This document shows, piece after piece, positions 15,141 to 24,000 of a stretch of DNA of 24,000 nt. Every line of letters starts with the position of its first letter. Position 1 is the first letter of the stretch. The translations under genes and the position numbers were made by a program. The notes under the pieces were generated by a model. That model searched no databases. It saw nothing but the letters and a program-made list of their open reading frames with translations, and was not told the DNA's origin. The DNA lies in NCBI GenBank assembly GCA_000526255.1, contig JAFS01000001.1, positions 1,243,035 to 1,267,034 of the forward strand. The letters run 5' to 3'. The stretch is from Verrucomicrobia bacterium LP2A. GTDB taxonomy: Bacteria; Verrucomicrobiota; Verrucomicrobiia; Methylacidiphilales; Methylacidiphilaceae.

Positions 15141-15623
15141 CTAGCGTTCCCTCCGCCCGGCGAGGAAGAAGGCGTCGACCCGGTAATGCGGCTTTGCGGG
15201 ACCGAACTCCTCCATCGGACGCCAACCGCGCATCCCGGAGGAGAGCGGAATATCCCTCGGGTTGCCCGAACTGCCGAGATAGGTGAGGTTCCGGTTGATC
15301 AACACCAGGGTGTCGCAGCCGTGCTCCTTGGCCACCGCGCAGAGCCGGCCTCGTCCCAAAGGGGACGCCCAGGCCTCGGTTTGCCCCTGGTAGTAGAGCC
15401 TTCCCAGGACCTTCCAGCGGAAGGAGGGCGCGGCCCCATAGAAGGAGACTCCCTCATGTTTCTCGAAGGAGCTGGCTGGCGGGCCAACGGTAATGACCGG
15501 ACCCGGAAAGGGCTCCTTTTCGGCCACCCAGCGCACGCTCCCCGCCGGGGCCTCAAAGGCAAAGCCCGCAAGAACGGAAGCGAGGAGCGCCAGCCAAAGC
15601 GCCGACTGTTGGCTCCGCCTCAT
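15141..15623 (-). CDS. Secreted hypothetical protein closely coupled to nirK
   Basis: The ATG at 15623 lies 4 nt after the nirK TAG (sense strand reads TAGAGGGATG). It has a signal-like N-terminus (ALWLALLASVLAGFA). The protein is 160 aa, and I recognise no family. Confidence 0.6.
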   Translation of the reverse strand: MRRSQQSALWLALLASVLAGFAFEAPAGSVRWVAEKEPFPGPVITVGPPASSFEKHEGVSFYGAAPSFRWKVLGRLYYQGQTEAWASPLGRGRLCAVAKEHGCDTLVLINRNLTYLGSSGNPRDIPLSSGMRGWRPMEEFGPAKPHYRVDAFFLAGRRER

Positions 15624-15627
15624 CCCT

Positions 15628-16710
15628 CTACCGGGCCTTTCCTTCGTGGATAATCGAGGGATCGAGGGGACCCTCGACCACGAGGCTCCCTCCCAGTCCT
15701 CTCTCCTGCTTGACAAAAAAGTGATCGACGAGCGGATAGCTTCCAGGAACCCTGGGAACGAATTCGATGAATCCGGCGCCCCCGGCCGGGACGAAAATCG
15801 AGCAGCTATTCTCCATGGGGGGAGTCGCCAGGCTTCCATCCTCGTAGATCCGTTCGAAGATCGCTCCGAGGGCGTGAAGGTTGGAGGAATCGTTGGGGCC
15901 CGCGTTCCCGAAGAAGATCCGGACAGCCTGGCCGACGCGGGCTTGCAGGGGGTGGCGAATCAGAGAGCCGACCGAGCCGTTGAAGACGTAGTAATTGGGC
16001 TTTCTCTCGAGGATCTTCGCAAGGTCCGGCTCCTGGGGGCCGGCTGCGCCAAAGGGGCCGGACGTGTAGATCTCCCCCTCCATGAAATAGAACTCCTTGT
16101 CCACCTTCGGAAGTCCCCCGGCCGGTTCCACGAGGATCAGGCCGTACATTCCGTTGGCAATATGCTGGGCGATCACGGGCGTCCCGCAGTGGTAGAGGTA
16201 GAGGCCCGCGTTGAGCGCCCGAAAGGTAAACACCCTCTCCCCGCCCGGAAGAGTCTGGCTCAGCATCGCCCCGCCCGAATACCCCCATGCCGCATGGAGG
16301 TCGACGGAGTGGACCATCCGGCTGCTCGGATCGTTGCGGAAGCGAACTTCGACCGTGTCGCCCACCCGGACACGCAGGAAGGGGCCCGGAACCTTCCCGT
16401 TGAACGTCCAGTAGCGGAAGGTAGCCCCGTCGGTCAGCCGCCCTTCGAGTTCCCGAGCCAGCAGCTCAATCTTGACGAGCTTGGGGGCGCGTCGGGGCAG
16501 AGGTCCGGGGAGGTCGGAAGGTTCACGGCTGATGTCGGGGACTCCGCCCTCCGCAGCCCGGCAGGCGACAGGACGGTTGCCGGCAAGAAGGCCCACGAGC
16601 AGGAGGAGAATCCCGGCGACAGACCAAGCGGAGGCCGGGGTCCGCCAGCCTTCCTTCATGCCTTTGAGCATAGCTTGGCCAAGAGGCCACGCAAGTCCGA
16701 ATAGCGGCAT
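15628..16710 (-). CDS. nirK: Copper-containing nitrite reductase NirK (class II, AniA-like)
   Basis: The T1/T2 copper ligand blocks are readable: HSVDLHAA, LYLYHCGTPVIAQHIANGMYG (H-C-x7-H-x4-M) and SSNLHALGAIFERIY, compared with SSFHVIGEIFDKVY in AniA. It has an N-terminal hydrophobic anchor or signal. The start is uncertain among 16710 (GGAGA upstream), 16671 and 16659. Confidence 0.92.
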   Translation of the reverse strand: MPLFGLAWPLGQAMLKGMKEGWRTPASAWSVAGILLLLVGLLAGNRPVACRAAEGGVPDISREPSDLPGPLPRRAPKLVKIELLARELEGRLTDGATFRYWTFNGKVPGPFLRVRVGDTVEVRFRNDPSSRMVHSVDLHAAWGYSGGAMLSQTLPGGERVFTFRALNAGLYLYHCGTPVIAQHIANGMYGLILVEPAGGLPKVDKEFYFMEGEIYTSGPFGAAGPQEPDLAKILERKPNYYVFNGSVGSLIRHPLQARVGQAVRIFFGNAGPNDSSNLHALGAIFERIYEDGSLATPPMENSCSIFVPAGGAGFIEFVPRVPGSYPLVDHFFVKQERGLGGSLVVEGPLDPSIIHEGKAR

Positions 16711-16749
16711 CCGCCGATCTCCGGCAGCAAAGCCCCTGCCGCTCGCTCG

Positions 16750-18024
16750 CTATTCCGGCTCGCTTTTTTCCGGCTCGCTCTTCGCGGGCGGCTCGCCTGC
16801 CTGGGGCTCATCCCGCTCCTCGGTCTGCGGGCAAAGGACGAAGGGGAGCACGACAACAGCCCAGAGGGCCAGGGCTCCCATCCAGAGAAGGGCCGAAAAG
16901 GAAAGGAGCGGGGACCGCCAGCTGGGGAGGTGGTCCGCCCCGATCCTCGTGATCATCGCCACCATCACTCCGCCGATGGCAAACTCGAAAGGAATGAAGC
17001 GGAACCGAAGCAGGAAGCCCCTCCCGCTCAGGCCGTAAATGACCTGCGCGCCCACCGACAGGATCATCAGCCCGACTCCGCCGAGGAAGAAGAGGTGGAG
17101 AGAGCCGGCCGGGGCGAGGAAAGAGGCGAGCAGCAACCCCAGGAGCGACAACGCAAGCGCGAGCCGGGAAGCGGCTGCGACGGTTCCCCGAGCCAAGAGC
17201 TCCGGGGAGGCGGGCAAGGTAAGAGCCAGATAGCCGGCGGACGTAGCCACCTTGAGCAGCCCCCCCAGGAGCCGCTTGCCGCTCGCCTCGAGAAAAAAGC
17301 TGGCGAGGATCAGCAGACCCGCTCCCGTGGCCACAAAAGCGGACCGGTTCCCTTTGCCGGAGGGACGGCCTGCCGCCGGCTGGGCGTCCGCACTCTCCCT
17401 GACGTAGAGCCGCGGGAGGAAGAAGGCGGTCAACCCGAGCAGCGGAAGCAGGGGCAGCCCCTGAAAGAGCAGAAGCGAGCTGAGCTGCTGGACCAGAGGG
17501 CTCATTCGGCTCCCGGCCGCCTTCTCCGCTTGCAGGAAGGCTCCCGCCACCGCTCCCGCCACTCCCAGCAGGACCAGAATGAAGCTCGGAGGTGCATTGT
17601 CCTTGCGGTGTCGAAAGCGCAAGGTAAAAAAAACCAGAGGCAGGAGAAGCGTGAAGGCAAAAAGCAGGTCGCCCGCCCACTGGCCTCCCAGAAGCTGGAG
17701 GACTCCGCCTGTCAAGAGGGTGACGGACACAAGGAGGAGCAGGTTTCCGCTGAGCGGCTTGATCCCGAGAAGGCGCGGCAGGGAGGTTCCGAGGAAACCG
17801 AGAAGAAAGGACGCGACGAAGCCTTCGATCATGAGTCGGGGATGGCTCTGGGCCGGCGGAGAGGGAGCCCATCCCAGGGACGCCAGCGGCCAGACCGCGA
17901 CGCCCAGAAACCCGAGGACCGTGCCCAAGGGAAAGAGGATCCGGTAGGGCTCCCGCGCGCAGCGACGCAGGTAAGCGCCCGGCGGGAGCGGCCCGGTCAG
18001 CTCAGGTGTCGTGTCCATTTCCAT
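16750..18024 (-). CDS. nnrS: NnrS-family membrane protein (NO-response, heme/copper membrane protein family)
   Basis: About 420 aa with about 12 predicted TM segments. The N-terminal EPYRILFPLG..LG...V.W motif is typical of NnrS, and the position immediately upstream of nirK on the same strand is the classical context. The family call is from memory of the motif and that context. Confidence 0.75.
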   Translation of the reverse strand: MEMDTTPELTGPLPPGAYLRRCAREPYRILFPLGTVLGFLGVAVWPLASLGWAPSPPAQSHPRLMIEGFVASFLLGFLGTSLPRLLGIKPLSGNLLLLVSVTLLTGGVLQLLGGQWAGDLLFAFTLLLPLVFFTLRFRHRKDNAPPSFILVLLGVAGAVAGAFLQAEKAAGSRMSPLVQQLSSLLLFQGLPLLPLLGLTAFFLPRLYVRESADAQPAAGRPSGKGNRSAFVATGAGLLILASFFLEASGKRLLGGLLKVATSAGYLALTLPASPELLARGTVAAASRLALALSLLGLLLASFLAPAGSLHLFFLGGVGLMILSVGAQVIYGLSGRGFLLRFRFIPFEFAIGGVMVAMITRIGADHLPSWRSPLLSFSALLWMGALALWAVVVLPFVLCPQTEERDEPQAGEPPAKSEPEKSEPE

Positions 18025-18385
18025 GATCCACTACTATTTTCTCTAGGGGCGGGCTTGCGCTGCGGATCGCCCTTATACCACGCCCTTCCGGCTGCGATCC
18101 TTCTTTTTCTCCGAGTCTTGCAGAATTTGCCAAGCTCTTGCTCCGACCCGACTTCCAACCTTTACCCGCCCGATGAGGCTGGCAAAAGGCGCTTCCTCGG
18201 GTCCCCGCGCACCGGTTGTCGAGCCGCGGTCTCTTGTCCATTTTGCCGCATTGTTGCCTCGACTGCGGGGCCGCATTCGCTCCATTCTTGTGCTCCGCCC
18301 GCCACGGGAGGCGAGCAAGCCGGCAGGTCGTGCCGCTCTACGCCCCACGTTGCTGGGAGGCCGCCGGGCCTTGTCCCGTGAACGG

Positions 18386-18988
18386 ATGGGGATCGTGATG
18401 TTGCGGAGCTTCGGTTTTCTGGTGATCGGCGGACTCGCCCTCATGGGCGTGCTGACCCTGGTTGGGGTCGTTCTCTCCATCCGCCAGGGGTTCGGCTCCC
18501 GCGAAGCTCCTCCCGCCTGGGAGGCCTTCGTCGCGAAACGGATCTACCGGCTCTCGATCCCCGAGGAGGCGCGCTTTCAGCAGAATCCCTTTCCGCCGAG
18601 CCGCGGCTGGCTCAAGCAGGGGATGGAGCACTACGCCGACCATTGCGCCCAATGCCACGCGAACAACGGAAGCGGGGAGACCGAGATGGGCAAGAGCCTC
18701 TACCCGCGGCCCCCGGACATGCGGAAGCCGGCAACTCAGCGCCTCACCGACGGGGAGCTCTACTACATCATCCATAACGGCATCCGGCTCACGGGAATGC
18801 CGGCCTGGGGAGAAAACGGCCACGATGCGGAGAGCTGGAAGCTCGTCCTCTTTCTCCGCCACCTGCCCAAGCTCACCCGGGAAGAGGAGCTCCAGATGGA
18901 GCAACTCAACCCGAAGGGTCCGAAGGAGCGGGCGGAGGAGCAGGACGAGGAGCACTTCCTCGAAGGAGAGGACAAAAGCTCTCCTTGA
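18386..18988 (+). CDS. Membrane-anchored monoheme c-type cytochrome
   Basis: It has a single CAQCH heme-binding motif with a downstream Met-ligand block (IRLTGMPAWG), an N-terminal TM anchor (FGFLVIGGLALMGVLTLVGVVL) and an acidic C-terminal tail. The start is at 18386 or 18398. It is divergent from nnrS-nirK. Confidence 0.85.
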   Translation: MGIVMLRSFGFLVIGGLALMGVLTLVGVVLSIRQGFGSREAPPAWEAFVAKRIYRLSIPEEARFQQNPFPPSRGWLKQGMEHYADHCAQCHANNGSGETEMGKSLYPRPPDMRKPATQRLTDGELYYIIHNGIRLTGMPAWGENGHDAESWKLVLFLRHLPKLTREEELQMEQLNPKGPKERAEEQDEEHFLEGEDKSSP

Positions 18989-19092
18989 ATAAGCGTCGGG
19001 GAACCGGTAGGCTCGTAATCGGGGTCGGCTTTCCGCAACAGCGGGGAAGCGAGAACAGACGGCGAAAAGATTTGAAAATCGGAGGAAATACG

Positions 19093-19437
19093 ATGCGCGG
19101 CGCGGTTGGAGTTCTGCTTTCCTGCTTGCTCTTCAGTTTCGGTACGTTTTCGACCTTTGCGCACGGCAACGAGATCCATGTCATCGGGGAGATCGCTTCC
19201 GTGGAAGGGAACGTGCTCACGGTCAAGTCGCGGGACGGCAAATCGGTTCCCGTCGAGCTGACCGACCGTTCGCAGATTTCCAAGGGGAAGACGAAGGAGC
19301 CCGCCACGGTCGCCGATCTTCTTCCCGGGGAGCGCGTCGTGATCCATGCCCGCAAGGCGGGCGACAAGCTCCAGGCCAATACGGTGCAGATCGGGAAAGG
19401 CAAAGCGGGCACAGAGAAGGCCAAAACGGAGCCTTGA
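19093..19437 (+). CDS. Small secreted protein, DUF5666-like/OB-fold-like, hypothetical
   Basis: GGAGGA lies 7 nt upstream of the ATG at 19093. It has a signal peptide (VLLSCLLFSFGTFSTFA). The repeating 'GxVxSVxGNxLTVKxxDGKxVxVxLT' pattern resembles DUF5666. The family call is tentative. Confidence 0.55.
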   Translation: MRGAVGVLLSCLLFSFGTFSTFAHGNEIHVIGEIASVEGNVLTVKSRDGKSVPVELTDRSQISKGKTKEPATVADLLPGERVVIHARKAGDKLQANTVQIGKGKAGTEKAKTEP

Positions 19438-19454
19438 CGGTGCCTCGAGCTTAG

Positions 19455-19477
19455 CCGGAGGCGAGCCAAGCCTCCGG
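19455..19477. terminator. Hairpin between convergent genes (candidate bidirectional terminator)
   Basis: CCGGAGGC (19455-62) / GCCTCCGG (19470-77) with a 7-nt loop, between the stop of the small secreted protein gene and the stop of katG. There is no clear U-tract on either side. Confidence 0.35.
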
Positions 19478-19502
19478 ATTCCTGCGGGTCGCCCTCACGC
19501 CC

Positions 19503-21707
<2,205 letters not shown>

Positions 21708-21740
21708 CTACGCAACTTCACGTTGCCTTTGCTAGGCTAG

Positions 21741-21764
21741 ATTGTATTAGCGGATCGGTACAAT
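21741..21764. promoter_or_regulatory. Inverted repeat ATTGTA-N12-TACAAT in the katG / LysR-regulator divergent region
   Basis: Perfect 6-bp arms. Each arm reads TACAAT (-10-like) towards one of the two divergent genes. The repeat lies 52 bp upstream of the katG ATG, where a LysR/OxyR-type operator would be expected. Confidence 0.35.
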
Positions 21765-21900
21765 TCATTTTTCGGGTGAATGCAACCAGCCTGCCCGTGA
21801 GCCTCTTTCGGCCGCTTCGCCGGAGCAAGCTGCGGATTGGGCAGCACGCCCTCCTTCGAGGCTTTCGGTTGCCTTGGCAAAGGGAGAGGGGAGAGATACG

Positions 21901-22926
21901 ATGTCATCTTCCGTGGACACCATCCCCGATTCGCATGGCCGGGACGGGCGCGGCCCGGGCGCAGGCTCCGGTGGGGAAGCCTCCGACCTCCCCGATCTGC
22001 AACCGAGCCACCTTGTGGCCTTCGCGCTGGTGGCCGAGCTCGGCAGCGTAAGCTTGGCCGCCCGGCGCCTCCATGTCGTTCAAGCGGCGGTCTCGGCACA
22101 GCTGCGCCGCCTACGGGAGGCCGTCGGAGATCCTCTCTGCCATTTCGAGCAGGGCCATGTCCATCTCACTCCTGCTGGTGTGGAGCTCCGGAAGCATGCC
22201 CTCCGGGTGGCCGAAGGGGTCGCAGCGGCCCGAGAATTCGCCTGGAGGCTGCAAAGGCGGATCGAAGGCCGGCTCCGGATCGCCCTGACCGTCACGATCG
22301 GGAGCTACTACCTCCCCTGCCCTCTCGTCGCCTTTCAGGATCGGTATCCGGGCATCCGGGTCGAGATTGAGACCGGATCCTCCCGGGAGATCGTCGGGCG
22401 CGCAGAGGCGTTCGACCTCGTCTTCGTCGAGGAGCCGCTGGAGGGGCGCCCTCCGCCCGATTACGTCCGCAAGCCTTGGATCGAGGAAGAGATTCTGCTG
22501 GTGACCCCTCGGGAGAGCCGCCTCGCGCGCGACTTTCCCAAGGGGGTGGCGCTCGGTCACCTGCAAGGGGAGAAGGTTCTCTGGCGGGAAGCCGATTCCG
22601 GTGTCCGCCGAGCGGTCGAGAGAGCGTTCAGCGCGCTGCGGATCGAGCCTCCGGGCCATGTCGAGCTGCCGAGTGCTCAGGGAGTCATCGAGGCCGCCCG
22701 GGCCGGGCTCGGGATCGGCTTCATTGCGACCAGCGTGCTGCCGGAGGAGGATCCTGGGCTAGCCGCGCTGCGGATCAACCCTCCCGAGGGGCTCTGGTGG
22801 AGCCTCGCCATCCTTGCCCCCCCTCCGGCGCAACGCTCCGCCGGCGCCGCCGCGTTCCTGGCCCTGCTCGAGCAAATCCCCGGCAGGATGGCCCGCGGCG
22901 GCATCCCGGCTCCGAAAGGCGGCTAG
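21901..22926 (+). CDS. LysR-family transcriptional regulator (possibly OxyR-like by context)
   Basis: N-terminal wHTH (LVAFALVAELGSVSLAARRLHVVQAAVSAQLRRLREAVGDPL) followed by a LysR substrate-binding-type C-terminal domain. Start set at the ATG at 21901, preceded by GGGGAGAG; the track start is a TTG at 21874. It is divergent from katG. Confidence 0.85.
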   Translation: MSSSVDTIPDSHGRDGRGPGAGSGGEASDLPDLQPSHLVAFALVAELGSVSLAARRLHVVQAAVSAQLRRLREAVGDPLCHFEQGHVHLTPAGVELRKHALRVAEGVAAAREFAWRLQRRIEGRLRIALTVTIGSYYLPCPLVAFQDRYPGIRVEIETGSSREIVGRAEAFDLVFVEEPLEGRPPPDYVRKPWIEEEILLVTPRESRLARDFPKGVALGHLQGEKVLWREADSGVRRAVERAFSALRIEPPGHVELPSAQGVIEAARAGLGIGFIATSVLPEEDPGLAALRINPPEGLWWSLAILAPPPAQRSAGAAAFLALLEQIPGRMARGGIPAPKGG

Positions 22927-24000
22927 ACGCTGTACGAGCGGGCACCCACGCCGGCCAGCCTTCCCCCTTCGGTGATCAGGTACTCCTTGCGGATCGGCTT
23001 ACCTGCGAACCAGCATTCGAGGATCTCGCGGACTCCCGCCGCATACCGCGCCTGGGCCGAGAGGGTCGTTCCCGAGATGTGGGGAGTCATCCCCTCATGG
23101 GGCATCGCCCTCCACGGATGATCCTTGGGAGCCGGCTGCGGGAACCAGACATCCCCGGCATAGCCCGCGAGCTGGCCGCTCTCCAGGGCCCGGACGATCG
23201 CATCCCGGTCGCAGATCTTGGCGCGGGCCGTGTTCACCAGGTAGGTGCCCCGCTTCATCTTGGCCAACAGCGTCTCATTGAAGAGATGCTCGGTCTCGGG
23301 ATGGAGGGGACAGTTGATGGTGACGATGTCGCAGTGCGGCACCATCGAGGCCGCGTCGGGATGGTAGGTGAGGCCCAGCTCCGCCTCGATCTCCGAAGGC
23401 AGGCGATGCCGATCGGTGTAATGGAGGCCGACATCGAACGGCTTGAGCCGCCGCAAGACGGCAAGACCGATCCGGCCCGCCGCCACGGTTCCTACTTGCA
23501 TGCCTTCGAGGTCGTAGGCCCTCTCCACGCAGTCGGCGATGTTCCACCCGCCCCGCCGTGCCCAGTCATGGGAAGGAAGATAGTTTCGGACGAGGGAGAG
23601 GATCATCATCACCACATGCTCGGCCACGCTGATGCTGTTGCAGAAGGTCACCTCCGCCACCGTGATGTTCCGATCGTTCGCCGCCTTCAGGTCGACATGG
23701 TCCGATCCGATGCCCGCGGTGATCGCCAGCTTGAGCTTGGGCGCCTTGGCAATCCGCTCCCGGGTCAGGTAGGCCGGCCAGAATGGCTGCGAAATCACCA
23801 CATCGCTATCCGGCAGCTCCTGCTCGAAGCGCGACTTCGGGCCTTCCTTGTCCGAGATCACGACGAGGGTGTGCCCCCGCTCCTCGAGAAACCGCCGCAG
23901 GCCCAGCTCCCCTGAAACGCTGCCCAGGAGCTCGCCCGGCCGAAAGTCGATTCGCTCGGGATTGGGCACCGTCTGCCCATCCGGGTAGCGCTCGATCACC
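22923..24000 (-). CDS. fdh: NAD+-dependent formate dehydrogenase (D-2-hydroxyacid dehydrogenase family), 5'-truncated by the window edge
   Basis: It is near-collinear with classical soluble FDH (Pseudomonas sp. 101 type): VISQPFWPAYLT.ERI.KA..LKLA.TAGIGSDHVDL, TVAEVT.CNSISVAEHVVMMILSLVRNY, GTVAAGRIGLAVLRRL, PLHPETEH, AGYAGDVWFPQPAPKDHPWR.MP..GMTPHISGTTL.AQARYA. About 25-30 N-terminal residues lie beyond position 24000. Confidence 0.93.
   Translation of the reverse strand, partial: VIERYPDGQTVPNPERIDFRPGELLGSVSGELGLRRFLEERGHTLVVISDKEGPKSRFEQELPDSDVVISQPFWPAYLTRERIAKAPKLKLAITAGIGSDHVDLKAANDRNITVAEVTFCNSISVAEHVVMMILSLVRNYLPSHDWARRGGWNIADCVERAYDLEGMQVGTVAAGRIGLAVLRRLKPFDVGLHYTDRHRLPSEIEAELGLTYHPDAASMVPHCDIVTINCPLHPETEHLFNETLLAKMKRGTYLVNTARAKICDRDAIVRALESGQLAGYAGDVWFPQPAPKDHPWRAMPHEGMTPHISGTTLSAQARYAAGVREILECWFAGKPIRKEYLITEGGRLAGVGARSYSV

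Noticed and set aside
16753-16779. A 15-nt tandem repeat (TTCCGGCTCGCT twice) at the 3' end of nnrS, encoding the KSEPEKSEPE tail.
   Set aside because: It has only two units and simply encodes a low-complexity C-terminal tail, with no sign of a larger repeat array.
18025-18385. I searched the nnrS / cytochrome c divergent spacer for FNR/NnrR (TTGAT-N4-ATCAA) or NsrR-type boxes.
   Set aside because: Only weak partial dyads are present (CTTGCAGAATTTGCCAAG; GGATCGC...GCGATCC), and none matches a known consensus well enough to report.

Overview
This is a GC-rich bacterial chromosomal segment. Its centre is a head-to-tail duplication of a complete particulate methane monooxygenase operon: pmoC-pmoA-pmoB twice on the minus strand, with a 3386-nt period. 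Each PmoB has Leu in place of the N-terminal His and P/G in place of the HxH of the proteobacterial CuB site. Together with the high GC content, this suggests a verrucomicrobial methanotroph, possibly Methylacidimicrobium-like; that assignment is inference, not verified. The flanking genes share a copper, redox and C1 theme. Upstream in coordinates lie a secreted multicopper oxidase and a DUF3347 protein. On the other side are a SAM-methyltransferase, a decayed TnpB (IS200/IS605-family) remnant and several secreted proteins of unknown function, one of them His/Met-rich. Next come an nnrS-nirK-orf operon with a divergent membrane-anchored cytochrome c, then katG with a divergent LysR regulator, and finally a 5'-truncated NAD-dependent formate dehydrogenase at the window edge. 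I found no rRNA, tRNA or CRISPR array. I saw no recognisable defence or other multi-gene novel system. The points most worth a second look are the pmo duplication architecture, a Cys-rich PmoC C-terminal tail that differs between copies, an unannotated 22-codon hydrophobic sORF, and uncharacterised secreted proteins next to nirK. Many long ORFs in the supplied track are antisense shadows of real genes, as expected in GC-rich DNA.
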